Below are positions 35,805 to 44,853 of a stretch of DNA of 64,000 nt, piece by piece (position 1 is the first letter of the stretch; the number at the start of each line of letters is the position of its first letter). The stretch spans positions 772 to 64,771 of the forward strand of contig CAVQSS010000025.1 of NCBI GenBank assembly GCA_963716045.1, in the 5' to 3' direction. The notes below the pieces were generated by a model, which was not told the origin of the DNA, made no database searches, and worked only from the letters and a program-made list of their open reading frames with translations. A program made the position numbers and the translations under genes. This stretch comes from an uncultured delta proteobacterium (GTDB lineage Bacteria > Desulfobacterota > RBG-13-43-22).

Positions 35805-36677
35805 ATGAACTCAATCCGCAACATTAACAAAGTCTGGACGAGCAGGCCGACGATAGAAGGGGCCGGCGTGCATCTCAAGCGGGTATTCGGCAACAATGAA
35901 GTGTCCCTCTTCGACCCCTTTCTAATGCTCGACGATTTCCGTTCCAACCATCCCGACCATTATCTGGCCGGCTTCCCCTGGCACCCGCATCGTGGGATCG
36001 AAACGATCACCTATATGATGAACGGGGAGGTGGAGCACGGGGACAGCATGGGGAATAAGGGCGTCATCTCCTCCGGCGATACGCAGTGGATGACCGCGGG
36101 GAGCGGTATCATTCATCAGGAAATGCCCCGGGGAGATGCCCAAGGCAGGATGGGGGGGTTCCAGCTCTGGGCGAACCTGCCGAGGTCCCAGAAGATGATG
36201 GAGCCCCGCTATCGCGATATCAAAAGCGCCCAGGTCCCGGAAGTTACGCTCGATAACGGCACTAAAATCAAGATCATCTGCGGCCGGGTCGGGGAGCACG
36301 AAGGTCCGGTTAAAGATATCATCATTGACCCCGAGTACCTCGATGTGACGGTTCCCGCTAAGGTTGAGTTCAAACACCCGACCAAACGCGGCCACACCTT
36401 ATTCGCCTACGTCATCGAGGGACAGGGGTATTTTGATGAAACGAAAAAGCCCCCGATCGGGAACGGCACGGTTTGTCTCTATACTGACGGCGACCACTTG
36501 ATGGTCACGACCGCGGGAGAACCGGTCCGGTTCCTGCTTGTCTCGGGCAAACCCATCGGCGAGCCGGTAGCCTGGTATGGTCCGATCGTGATGAACAGCG
36601 AGGAAGAGCTGCAACTGGCGTTTAATGAGTACCGGGAGGGGACGTTCATAAAGCATAAAAAGCCGTCGCGGATATAG
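35805..36677 (+). CDS. Pirin family protein
   Basis: ATG 35805 after GAGGAG. FPWHPHRGIETITYMMNGEVEHGDSMGNKGVISSGDTQWMTAGSGIIHQEMP. Confidence 0.9.
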   Translation: MNSIRNINKVWTSRPTIEGAGVHLKRVFGNNEVSLFDPFLMLDDFRSNHPDHYLAGFPWHPHRGIETITYMMNGEVEHGDSMGNKGVISSGDTQWMTAGSGIIHQEMPRGDAQGRMGGFQLWANLPRSQKMMEPRYRDIKSAQVPEVTLDNGTKIKIICGRVGEHEGPVKDIIIDPEYLDVTVPAKVEFKHPTKRGHTLFAYVIEGQGYFDETKKPPIGNGTVCLYTDGDHLMVTTAGEPVRFLLVSGKPIGEPVAWYGPIVMNSEEELQLAFNEYREGTFIKHKKPSRI

Positions 36678-36725
36678 CTTCTAATACCATGTGCACCCTG
36701 GGACACTGGAAGGACGGCTTTATGA

Positions 36726-36911
36726 TCAAGGAATGGTTGTTCTAGGACAAGGCGACCTACCTGAAGCAAATCGGAATCGGGCCATAGAGCAGTTTCCGGC
36801 GGTAATATCGATATGCCCGCCGATTTCTTTCATGGCCGTCAGGACGTCCTCATCGGAAAGATCCAGGGGCTTCGGGGTCTCCAGGGCGGCATCCGGCAGT
36901 GGTTTTTCCAT
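36726..36911 (-). pseudogene. Short ORF resembling the 5' fragment of a CBS-domain-type protein
   Basis: TAATG overlap with the CoA-transferase B stop. MEKPLPDAALETPKPLDLSDEDVLTAMKEIGGHIDIT, then low-complexity junk that overlaps the pirin 3' flank. Confidence 0.3.
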
Positions 36912-37744
36912 TAAGGATCGCCTCCTCCGGCACGTTCCTGAGCCTTTTTGGCCAGATGGATCAGGCTGAGTTCCAGGCGCAGCGCTCTGCCGACCACTTC
37001 GGCGGGGGCAAAGCGCCGGATGAATTTGACTTCCTCCGCGGTCGGAGGCACGGTCTTCGTAAGATCCTGGGCGATCTTGAGGTCCCAGGGAATATCCTTC
37101 CGCACCTCCTCGACGCTGACGCCGGGGTGGACCTGGGCCAGGTAGAGCTCTTTGGTTTCCGAGTGGAACTTGAAGACCCCTTTGGTGGTAACCAGCAGGG
37201 TAGGCCCCGTCCCTTGGGGAAAGAGCCCTGATCGGTCCCGGCTGTCGCCTCCCTCGAGATAACCTGGGGAGGTGAGGTAGTCGAGTTGCTCCACGAACTG
37301 CCCGCCCCGCATGGTGAGGATGGTTCGCCTGGCGTAGGAGATGAAATCGGCCGCGCCGCCTGATCCGGGGAGCCGCAGAGAGGGATGGTAATAGTCCCCG
37401 ATGACCGTGGTGTTCACGTTTCCAAATTTGTCCACCTGACCAACCCCCAGAAAGCAGACATCCACGAACCCCCGGTAGGTCATGGTGAAAGTGGAAAAGA
37501 GGTCGGTGGCATAGGAGAACCCCCGGCAGGCATGGGCGTCGGCAATGTGATTCAGCGGGACCAGAGGCTCGAAATCGATGATCCCGGACTCCATCATCAG
37601 CACCGCCTGGGGGGCGTGCAGGGCCTTGGCCAAAGCGCCGGCCGTGGTCGGCAGACCCACGCCGAGGATGACCCGGTCGTGATTGTGAATCTCCCGAGCC
37701 ACGATGATGATGAGCAGTTCGTTGAGGGTGTAGGGCTTACTCAT
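36911..37744 (-). CDS. CoA-transferase subunit B (GctB / 3-oxoacid CoA-transferase B-like)
   Basis: Start MSKPYTLNELLIIIVAREI at 37744, overlapping the subunit A stop. ESGIIDF, LRLPGSGGAADF. Confidence 0.85.
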   Translation of the reverse strand: MSKPYTLNELLIIIVAREIHNHDRVILGVGLPTTAGALAKALHAPQAVLMMESGIIDFEPLVPLNHIADAHACRGFSYATDLFSTFTMTYRGFVDVCFLGVGQVDKFGNVNTTVIGDYYHPSLRLPGSGGAADFISYARRTILTMRGGQFVEQLDYLTSPGYLEGGDSRDRSGLFPQGTGPTLLVTTKGVFKFHSETKELYLAQVHPGVSVEEVRKDIPWDLKIAQDLTKTVPPTAEEVKFIRRFAPAEVVGRALRLELSLIHLAKKAQERAGGGDP

Positions 37745-38783
37745 ACAATAATCCTTTTTCCTGGAGGAGTTGGTCCAGCTCTTCCAGGGTAAGGCCGATG
37801 GACCGCTCCCGGCCGTTATCATCCCAGACGGAGGCGAAGGCCGACCCGTAGTTGGCCGGCGCCGACCAATAAGGTTGGGCTTTGATGCTGTCGAGGAGAT
37901 CGCTGCCGTAGATCCGGCTATAGTGACTGAGGTAGGCCTGCCGGTCCTCGCACCCAAAGACCCATTCATCCAACCAGGCCTTCAGGCCGTCTCTCGTGGC
38001 GGCGGCGGCCATGAACAACCCGTACATGAAGCGATCCATATTGTAATGTCCGAGGACCTCCGTGGGGTGGGCCCCCCAGGGGACCTCCACGACCGCCGCC
38101 ACCCGGTGGGCGGGAATGATGGTCAAGTGGGGGCTGGAGCGGATCACTTCATGATCGACGATCTCCTCGCAGGAAACGACGATCCGCTTGCTGCACAACG
38201 CGGCGGCGGCCACGCTCCCCATGGACCCCCAGTATTGGGCGTTTCCGAACCGGTCGGCCCGTTGCACATGGACGATGCAGACCTCCGGGTTGGCGGCCGG
38301 TACCGTGAGGACGTCCTTTCCCGTATAGGGGCAGCGGATCACCCGGTATTTATTTTCCCCCAGAAAGGTGCGCTTCCGGAAGAGATCGGTGGCCATGACC
38401 CCTTCAAAGACCTGCATGAACGAGAAACCGTGCAGGCCCGCCACGAGACGGGCGTTGTAGTTGAAATTGGTGTAATCCTCCATCTCCAGCGTGCCGCCCT
38501 GCAAGGCCCGCTCCACCGCCGAGCCCCCGGCCTTTCCACCGGAGCGAAGAACATAGGTGGTTACCAGACGATCCACACATCCGGCGGCGACCAGAACCTC
38601 CACGTCCAGGATCCCCGACTGGGAGTAGAGGGTGAGATTCTTTTTCTTCTGGCGAGCCACTTCGTACACCAGTTCGGTGCAGGTACCCACGGTATAGTTG
38701 CCGATGATCAGTTCATCGCCATCGTGGACCAATTTTTCGATGGCCTCCCGGGAACTCATAACCTTGTCTCTTGCTTCCGCCAT
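37737..38783 (-). CDS. CoA-transferase subunit A (GctA-like)
   Basis: 348 aa. MSSREAIEKLVHDGDELIIGNYTVGTC... is family I CoA-transferase alpha-like. Translationally coupled to subunit B. Confidence 0.85.
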   Translation of the reverse strand: MAEARDKVMSSREAIEKLVHDGDELIIGNYTVGTCTELVYEVARQKKKNLTLYSQSGILDVEVLVAAGCVDRLVTTYVLRSGGKAGGSAVERALQGGTLEMEDYTNFNYNARLVAGLHGFSFMQVFEGVMATDLFRKRTFLGENKYRVIRCPYTGKDVLTVPAANPEVCIVHVQRADRFGNAQYWGSMGSVAAAALCSKRIVVSCEEIVDHEVIRSSPHLTIIPAHRVAAVVEVPWGAHPTEVLGHYNMDRFMYGLFMAAAATRDGLKAWLDEWVFGCEDRQAYLSHYSRIYGSDLLDSIKAQPYWSAPANYGSAFASVWDDNGRERSIGLTLEELDQLLQEKGLLYE

Positions 38784-38795
38784 GTCTGTTTTCCT

Positions 38796-38978
38796 TTAGA
38801 CCTCCAAATACTTCTCGCGAGCCTGCGGGTTGGCCTTTAGCTCCTCGACGGAACCGGAAAAACCTACGTGCGCCTTGCCCATCAGATAGACGCGATTGGC
38901 CAAGGACAAGGCCACTTTAATGTTATGTTCCACTCTGACAAAAATCTCCTCAGGTCTTTCAATCGGTAATCGGGACAA
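38796..38978 (-). pseudogene. 3' remnant of a livF-type ABC ATPase gene
   Basis: ...EEIFVRVEHNIKVALSLANRVYLMGKAHVGFSGSVEELKANPQAREKYLEV* matches only the last ~50 aa of LivF (compare the intact copy at 62552-63301). Walker motifs are absent. Confidence 0.7.
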
Positions 38979-39288
38979 GGGACCCCCCTGTAGGTCAGAC
39001 CGAAGCCTACTGCCCAGAGGACCATGATCGCCGAAAAATGAATTTTAGGGGGGATTTATTGATAAGGTGCTTTGAAGTCGGCTGCCAGGACAGTAGAAAA
39101 ATTTTTCAACCCTCCTTCCCGAAACCCTGAAACCCTACCAAAGGTCTTGATTTTTTGCGTGATGTGGGGCGTACGTTGATATCTTTAGGTGAACTTAAAT
39201 TTATGTCAAGGGAAATATTGGCCCGGACGATCAACCGGCTCCAGATTTTTCCCTCCCGATAGATAACAATTTGTGGTAAGGAGTCCAG

Positions 39289-39485
39289 ATGAAATTGTTA
39301 ATGTTTCAGGCCAAACGGTTTCGCTTCCGAACTTTTGAAAAAACCCTGAGCAGATCCCCGATCTGGATCTGGAAGAGAAAGTCCACGAAGCCGCCGTTAT
39401 CTTCCTGCAGGCGGAAGGCCGGGATGAGGAAAACCCGGATTCCATCTATGGGGAATCCCTGGCCAAGGTTTTCAAGGCTCTGTAA
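39289..39485 (+). pseudogene. Truncated, frameshifted archaeal-type ThrRS editing-domain (tRNA-Thr_ED) like gene
   Basis: MKLLMFQAKRFRFRTFEK, then an A6 run at 39338-39343. The shifted frame continues NPEQIPDLDLEEKVHEAAVIFLQAEGRDEENPDSIYGESLAKVFKAL*. Only the first half of the ~140-aa domain is present. Confidence 0.5.
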
Positions 39486-39505
39486 ATCGGCCTGTTCTTC
39501 GGCGG

Positions 39506-40324
39506 GTGACTTCGGTGTGGGAAACTAAGGATCTTCAGGACCTCAAATCGGCCGTTCTATGGCTGGAACATCCCGGCTGGGCCATTCGCCTGATCAATTT
39601 TCTCGGGGCCCCCATCGAAGCCCTGATCCGGGTCCTGCCCAGACCGCTGTCCCTGATGATCCGCTGGTTGACGGAAAGGGCCCTGGGTCGATTCCTGGGA
39701 TGGGCGATTGATTCCCTTGGAAAAGGGGCTGCAGCCGGATCTTCGAAGGGAACCCATCGCGGCCTGGTCATGGCCAGCGGGGCGTTCGGCGGCTTTTGGG
39801 GGCTGCCGGGTCTGCTCGTTGAACTGCCGGTCTCGACGGTCTTGATGCTCCGGGCCATCGCCGCCGTGGCCCAAGGGGAGGGAGAGGACCTGGAAACCGC
39901 CGAGGCCCGCTGGGCCTGCCTGGAGGTTTTTACCCTGGGAGGATCCCGGTCGGGTGATGATGCCGCAGAAACCGGGTATTACGCGGTGCGGGCTTCGCTG
40001 GCCCGGCTGGTATCCGAAGCGGCAGAGTTCCTGGTCGGTCGGGAGGCGGTCCAGGAGGGGGCCCCCTTTCTGATCCGCCTGATGACGGCAGTCTCGTCAC
40101 GTTTCGGAGTGGTGGTTTCGGAAAAGGCCCTGGCCGAAATGGTCCCGCTGATCGGCGCTCTGGGCGGAGCACTGGTCAACCTGCTGTTTGTCTCCCATTT
40201 TCAGGCCATGGCCAGCGGCCACTTCATCGTCCGGCGGCTGGAACGCAAATACGGACCGGAGGCGGTCCAAAAGGAATATGAGCGGCTGGCCAGTGTGACT
40301 CAACAGAGAAGGGCCGGGCGGTGA
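39506..40324 (+). CDS. EcsC family protein
   Basis: 272 aa. LEHPGWAIRLINFLGAPIE...LPVSTVLMLRAIAAVAQGEGEDL...VPLIGALGGALVNLLFVSHFQ is the typical EcsC pattern. Confidence 0.8.
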   Translation: MTSVWETKDLQDLKSAVLWLEHPGWAIRLINFLGAPIEALIRVLPRPLSLMIRWLTERALGRFLGWAIDSLGKGAAAGSSKGTHRGLVMASGAFGGFWGLPGLLVELPVSTVLMLRAIAAVAQGEGEDLETAEARWACLEVFTLGGSRSGDDAAETGYYAVRASLARLVSEAAEFLVGREAVQEGAPFLIRLMTAVSSRFGVVVSEKALAEMVPLIGALGGALVNLLFVSHFQAMASGHFIVRRLERKYGPEAVQKEYERLASVTQQRRAGR

Positions 40325-40414
40325 GTCCCGCCCGAGATAGGAACGGCAGGTCTTCTGGGTTGAAGGGGTCTATCCTTTCTACAGTATTTTTTTTCAAAAA
40401 ATACCGGGTAGACC

Positions 40415-40444
40415 TTATTCCCATTTTCGGCCGGATCGTATAAT
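40415..40444 (+). promoter_or_regulatory. Candidate sigma-70 promoter
   Basis: TATAAT at 40439-40444 with a weak -35 TTATTC 18 nt upstream. About 40 nt before the Spy/CpxP-like gene. Confidence 0.3.
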
Positions 40445-40480
40445 GTTAGAAAATATTAAAAAACAGATAGGAGGTTTTAA

Positions 40481-41068
40481 ATGAATAAAATTATCACTAC
40501 CGGGATCATCGCTTTAGTTTCCATTATGGCTTTAGCCGTCCTGGCTTATGGTCAGCCAAGCGGGCATGGATCGAGAAACGATATGCCGGGCGCCCATGAC
40601 AAGGACGGTCCGGGTATGGGACATGGTAAGATGGAAGGATGCTGCCTGGGCGGTCAGGGGATGATGGGTGGCCAAGGCATGGGGTCCGGCATGATGGGTG
40701 GTCACGGCCCTGGCGGTCGGATGATGGAAGCCGAGCATCACCTGGCGATGCTTTTTGATAGTCTGGCACTTGACGAGCAGCAAAAAAAAGTGATCGGCGA
40801 GATCAAGAGCACCATTAAGAAGGATACGATCCGGAGGATGGCGGACATCAGCATTGCTCGCATAGAACTCAAGGATCTCCTCCTCCAGGACCCTCTGGAT
40901 ATGAAGGCCGTTGAAGCCAAAGTAAGGCAATTAGGATTGTTGAGGACCGAAATGCACCTTGCCCACATAAAGGCCCTCGAAATGATTAAGGCCAAATTGA
41001 CCCCTGAACAGCGCAAAAAAATAGTAGAGAGGATGAAGACCGGGCCGATGATGATGATGCACGAATAA
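40481..41068 (+). CDS. Periplasmic Spy/CpxP/ZraP-family protein with Met/Gly/His-rich region
   Basis: Signal peptide present. GMGHGKMEGCCLGGQGMMGGQGMGSGMMGGHGPGGRMM. LTPEQRKKI (LTxxQ-type) motif. Confidence 0.75.
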   Translation: MNKIITTGIIALVSIMALAVLAYGQPSGHGSRNDMPGAHDKDGPGMGHGKMEGCCLGGQGMMGGQGMGSGMMGGHGPGGRMMEAEHHLAMLFDSLALDEQQKKVIGEIKSTIKKDTIRRMADISIARIELKDLLLQDPLDMKAVEAKVRQLGLLRTEMHLAHIKALEMIKAKLTPEQRKKIVERMKTGPMMMMHE

Positions 41069-41102
41069 AGGGTCAGACTGGCGAAATCATATGACCGCCT
41101 AT

Positions 41103-41154
41103 AAAAAAGGGGGGGAACCGGTTCCCGAATAAACTTGCAGGTTCCCCCCTTTTG
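41103..41154 (+). terminator. Rho-independent terminator candidate (bidirectional form)
   Basis: AAAAAAGGGGGGGAACC ... GGTTCCCCCCTTTT. G/C stem flanked by an A-run and a T-run. Confidence 0.55.
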
Positions 41155-41159
41155 ACATC

Positions 41160-41375
41160 ATGCGAATTGCCCGAAACCCTTTCTCCGGGGGGCCTCTTGT
41201 CTTTTCAGCGATTGTCCTTTTTCCCCAGGCTTTTCTCGCGGAGGCCGCTACTGACACCGGGATCGATCCCCTCGACCTCTCGAAGAAGGTGGAGGCCGCT
41301 TATGCCCGGGTGAAAGATTACCGGATCCGGACGGCCGCCGAGAAGACTTCCGACGAAGCCGGTATGCGGGAATGA
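41160..41375 (+). CDS. Small exported ORF, possibly an N-terminal fragment of a LolA-like protein
   Basis: 71 aa with a signal-like start. ATGA overlap with the next gene. Confidence 0.3.
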   Translation: MRIARNPFSGGPLVFSAIVLFPQAFLAEAATDTGIDPLDLSKKVEAAYARVKDYRIRTAAEKTSDEAGMRE

Positions 41376-42106
41376 GAAAACCGATGGAGAGTCCCCCCGC
41401 TGACAGAAAATCGGAATGGTTTGTCCCCCGGTTCGGGTCGGAAAGATTCCGGTCTCTGGTGGGCCTCCTTTTTCTCCCCTACACCGGGATGGTGCTTTCG
41501 TTCGTGGTTATCGGGTCGATGGTGGCCGAACCCATTCATTGGGACCGGGTCCTGGCCCTAAACGTCATCTATTTCCTCGGCCTGGGGATCGGTGCCCATG
41601 CCCTGGATGCCCTGGGGAGCCAGGGGGTCAAACCCTGGGGAACGGTCTTTTCCCGGTCCCAACTGTGGCTCCTGGCCGTCGGTTCCCTGGTCCTGGCCTA
41701 CGGCCTGGCCGGCTATTACATCGTTCAATTTGTACCCCGGCTCGCCATCCTGGCCCTCCTGGAAGGCTTTTTCGTTTTCGCCTACAACCTGGAATGGTTT
41801 CAGGGCCGGTTTCATACGGATAGATGGTTCGCCTTTTCCTGGGGATTTCTGCCGGTCCTGGCGGGAAACATCATGCAGACCAATACGATTTCCTTGGGGG
41901 CCATGATCCTGGCTGCCGCCATGGCCTTGTTCAGCCTCGTCGAAATCAAGGCCTCCCGTCCCTATAAGGACCTCAAGAGAACCCCGGGTCCGGTGCGGGA
42001 AGAAGACCTATGGCTCCTGGCCCGGTACGAAACGATACTGAAGAGCATCAGCCTGGGGGTGATTCTCCTGGGAGGAGGATTATTGATTTGGCGAATGTTC
42101 CCCTGA
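41372..42106 (+). CDS. Integral membrane protein (about 6-7 TM), unknown family
   Basis: 244 aa, hydrophobic. TGATG overlap with the polyprenyl synthase gene. Confidence 0.65.
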   Translation: MRKPMESPPADRKSEWFVPRFGSERFRSLVGLLFLPYTGMVLSFVVIGSMVAEPIHWDRVLALNVIYFLGLGIGAHALDALGSQGVKPWGTVFSRSQLWLLAVGSLVLAYGLAGYYIVQFVPRLAILALLEGFFVFAYNLEWFQGRFHTDRWFAFSWGFLPVLAGNIMQTNTISLGAMILAAAMALFSLVEIKASRPYKDLKRTPGPVREEDLWLLARYETILKSISLGVILLGGGLLIWRMFP

Positions 42107-43110
42107 TGGTATTCCCAGACTTCCGGAAATACTGGGAGCAGCGAAGGCCCCTCGTGGAGGAACCCTTCAAAGAAAAATTGTCCGGCCTGTTAGACGGTAT
42201 CCCGCTCAGGGACAGCGTTTCCCTGCGGGCCGCGCTGGAAGCGGGGAAAAAAATAAGGGGGTGCCTCGCCTGCCTGGTCAGCGAAGCCCTGGGAGGGGAC
42301 CTCCAATCCGCGGTGCCCCGGGCGGTGGCCATTGAACTGGTCCAGGCGGCTACCTTAATTCATGATGATTTTGTCGACCAGGACACGATGCGGGGAAACC
42401 GGCCCGCGGCCTGGATCATCGAAGGGCCCCGGCGGGCGGTCTTGATTGGAGATGTCCTGTTCGCCACGGCCATTCAAATGATGAGCGACCTGAGCCGGGA
42501 AGACGGCTTGACCATTTCCGGGGCCATCGCCCAGGTATCGCAGGGGGCCCTGCGCGAACCGCTCGATCCATTAAACCTCTCCCGGGAGCTGGTCGCTGAC
42601 CGGGATGGGGGCGGGCTCTACGAAAAAATCATCCGCCTCAAAACAGGCGTCCTCTTCGGCGCCGCCTGTCATCTGGGGGCCATCGCGGCCGGGGCCGACC
42701 TGAGGGTCAGACAAAAGGCTTTTCGTTTCGGAGTACAAATCGGGGAGGCCTATCAGATTGCCGATGACCTGAGCGAGGTCCGGCGTCACCTGCAGCACCC
42801 GGCCATTACGCCGAGACAGGCGCTGGCCCTGGCACCGGCCTGCTTCCACTTTGTGAGCGGGATGCGCCCCTATCTGAACGAGATCCTGACCGAAAGGTCC
42901 ACGACCTTCAATGGGCCGGCGCTGGAAGGTCTGGCGGCGGCCGCCGGGCTCATGAAGGAGGCCATCAAATACCGCCTAGAAGGCGCGCTGGCGGAAATGG
43001 AAGGCGTTTTTTCCGAAAACCCCTGGAGCGAACTGATCAGGAATACCCCCGGGGATATCATACGGATGTTTAACGCCTCCCAGGAAATGTCCGTTCCTTT
43101 CGGGCTGTAA
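42106..43110 (+). CDS. Polyprenyl diphosphate synthase (trans-isoprenyl diphosphate synthase family)
   Basis: First Asp-rich motif LIHDDFVDQDTMRGNRP. Second motif YQIADDLSE. Confidence 0.85.
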   Translation: MVFPDFRKYWEQRRPLVEEPFKEKLSGLLDGIPLRDSVSLRAALEAGKKIRGCLACLVSEALGGDLQSAVPRAVAIELVQAATLIHDDFVDQDTMRGNRPAAWIIEGPRRAVLIGDVLFATAIQMMSDLSREDGLTISGAIAQVSQGALREPLDPLNLSRELVADRDGGGLYEKIIRLKTGVLFGAACHLGAIAAGADLRVRQKAFRFGVQIGEAYQIADDLSEVRRHLQHPAITPRQALALAPACFHFVSGMRPYLNEILTERSTTFNGPALEGLAAAAGLMKEAIKYRLEGALAEMEGVFSENPWSELIRNTPGDIIRMFNASQEMSVPFGL

Positions 43111-43789
43111 TAATGGCCGAAGTTCCCCAGGTGAACGAGGTCAGGGTGATCCTCGAAAAGCCGTTTTTTTGCAGAGAGAGAACCAGGTCCCGGGTCCATT
43201 GGGTTTCCCGGAGAAACCCGGGCAGCTCATCAAAAACGGTTTTCCATTGGGAATATTTCCAGGTCCCGATGGTCTGCAGGAGCTTAAAATAAAATTCCCA
43301 GACCCGGGCAAAGACCGGACCCGCGGGATAGGTGAAATCATGCATGATCAGGACCCCTCCGTCCCGGAGCAGGTACTTACTATTATCGACCAATCGTTGG
43401 AGGTCGGCATATTTGGCCAGATAGGAGGAAGTAATGCAGTCGAAAATCAGATCCGGACGGACCTCTTCAGCCCGGCCCGAAATGAATTCGAGGTGGATCA
43501 AGCCCAGTGCCTCGGCCTTTTTTCGGGCCACCCGGAGGTATTCTTCGGTGAGGTCAACGCCCACGATCCGGGCGTGAGGAAACTGGCGGGCGATCTTCAG
43601 GGTCAGGATTCCGGTCCCGCAGGCCTGGTCCAGGATCCGGCAAGACCCTTTCGGGATCGCCCGCAGGATTTGTTGTTTCCATAACCGATCGAATCCTAGG
43701 GTACAGAGGTTGACGATCCGGTCATAGGTGGTACCCGTTCCGGAAAAGAATCGCCGGACCCGGTCGGTTGAGGATTCCGGGGAGATCAT
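43070..43789 (-). CDS. Class-I SAM-dependent methyltransferase (UbiE/MenG-like)
   Basis: Motif I ILDQACGTGILT. YDRIVN... N-terminal pattern. 4-nt overlap with the upstream oxidoreductase gene. Confidence 0.8.
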   Translation of the reverse strand: MISPESSTDRVRRFFSGTGTTYDRIVNLCTLGFDRLWKQQILRAIPKGSCRILDQACGTGILTLKIARQFPHARIVGVDLTEEYLRVARKKAEALGLIHLEFISGRAEEVRPDLIFDCITSSYLAKYADLQRLVDNSKYLLRDGGVLIMHDFTYPAGPVFARVWEFYFKLLQTIGTWKYSQWKTVFDELPGFLRETQWTRDLVLSLQKNGFSRITLTSFTWGTSAIITARKERTFPGRR

Positions 43790-44757
43790 CTCAGGCGCAG
43801 CAACAAGGCGGCCGCCTCCTTAAGCCCCACCCGCATGCCCATTCTTCGGGAGTTTCTTTTCAATACCCGGGCGTCATTCAACCCGAGAGCCCGGTCTTCC
43901 CTGAGTTTGTCGATCACGGCCCGCTCCGGTTTCATCCAGTCAAACTCCTTCAAAACGGCCCGGGTATATCCCGAAGGGTCGTCCCACCATCTCAGCAACA
44001 ACTGAACGCTCCTCATTCCCGGAACAATGCCGTCTCCGGCCAGGGGGGCCACGCAGCCGATCGCTTCACCCACCCCCCAGACCTCACCGGCGGCCCCGGC
44101 GGCTACAAAAGGCTGTGAGTAATGCGGGGCCGTGAGACGTATGCTTCCTTCACAGGCGCACAGGATCTTTTGACGATCCCGGTCATCCATCCAGTTCAGC
44201 CCCTTCAAAACGGGCCGCGGCTCCGAAAGAAGACTGCCGCAGCCCAGGTGAACTTCCCGGTCGGAGAGGGGAAAACACCAGGCATACCCGATGCGGCCCA
44301 GTTTAATCTGATTATCCAAGGGGATCTCCGTTTCCAGCCGGTATTGGATGCAGGGCAGAATAAGGTCTTCGGCCAGGGGAGGCAACAGGGCCCGCGCCAC
44401 CCCGGTGGCATCGATGACCCGATCGAATCCCCCGATGTCCGGGGGTGAGTATTGGACCTCGGCGCCTTGGAGCAGGTCCTGAATCAACCGATGTTTGTCG
44501 AAGGTCATGAGGTCGGCCTTCAGCCTTAACCCCTCCATGAGGATATAGTCAAAACGTTGAAGAATATACTGGGAGGGATCCAATCCGGAATCCGTCACCA
44601 GTTCCCGGAACCCCCTGGAAGTTCCCCAGGCACAGGGGGTTAGCCCGCACCGGGTCCCCGGGCGCTTATCGAAGATCGAGACCTTATGGTTCCGCCCCTG
44701 CAGGAGGCGGAAAAGATAAGCGCCGGTCATCCCGGCCCCTATGATAGCTATTTTCAA
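43786..44757 (-). CDS. FAD-dependent oxidoreductase, geranylgeranyl-reductase-like
   Basis: MKIAIIGAGMTGAYL dinucleotide-binding motif. 323 aa. Confidence 0.7.
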   Translation of the reverse strand: MKIAIIGAGMTGAYLFRLLQGRNHKVSIFDKRPGTRCGLTPCAWGTSRGFRELVTDSGLDPSQYILQRFDYILMEGLRLKADLMTFDKHRLIQDLLQGAEVQYSPPDIGGFDRVIDATGVARALLPPLAEDLILPCIQYRLETEIPLDNQIKLGRIGYAWCFPLSDREVHLGCGSLLSEPRPVLKGLNWMDDRDRQKILCACEGSIRLTAPHYSQPFVAAGAAGEVWGVGEAIGCVAPLAGDGIVPGMRSVQLLLRWWDDPSGYTRAVLKEFDWMKPERAVIDKLREDRALGLNDARVLKRNSRRMGMRVGLKEAAALLLRLR

Positions 44758-44796
44758 TCGGTTTCCCCTTTCTGTTGGTTCAGGAGAAAAGCCGCA

Positions 44797-44838
44797 TAAA
44801 AAAAGGGATCCGGACCGCAGGTCCTGACCCCTTTTTTA
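44797..44838 (-). terminator. Rho-independent terminator candidate downstream of cooS
   Basis: AAAAAAAGGGATCCGGACC-GCAG-GTCCTGACCCCTTTTTT. Imperfect 11-bp stem with flanking A- and T-runs. Confidence 0.55.
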
Positions 44839-44853
44839 TCTCCCTTCAAAGGA

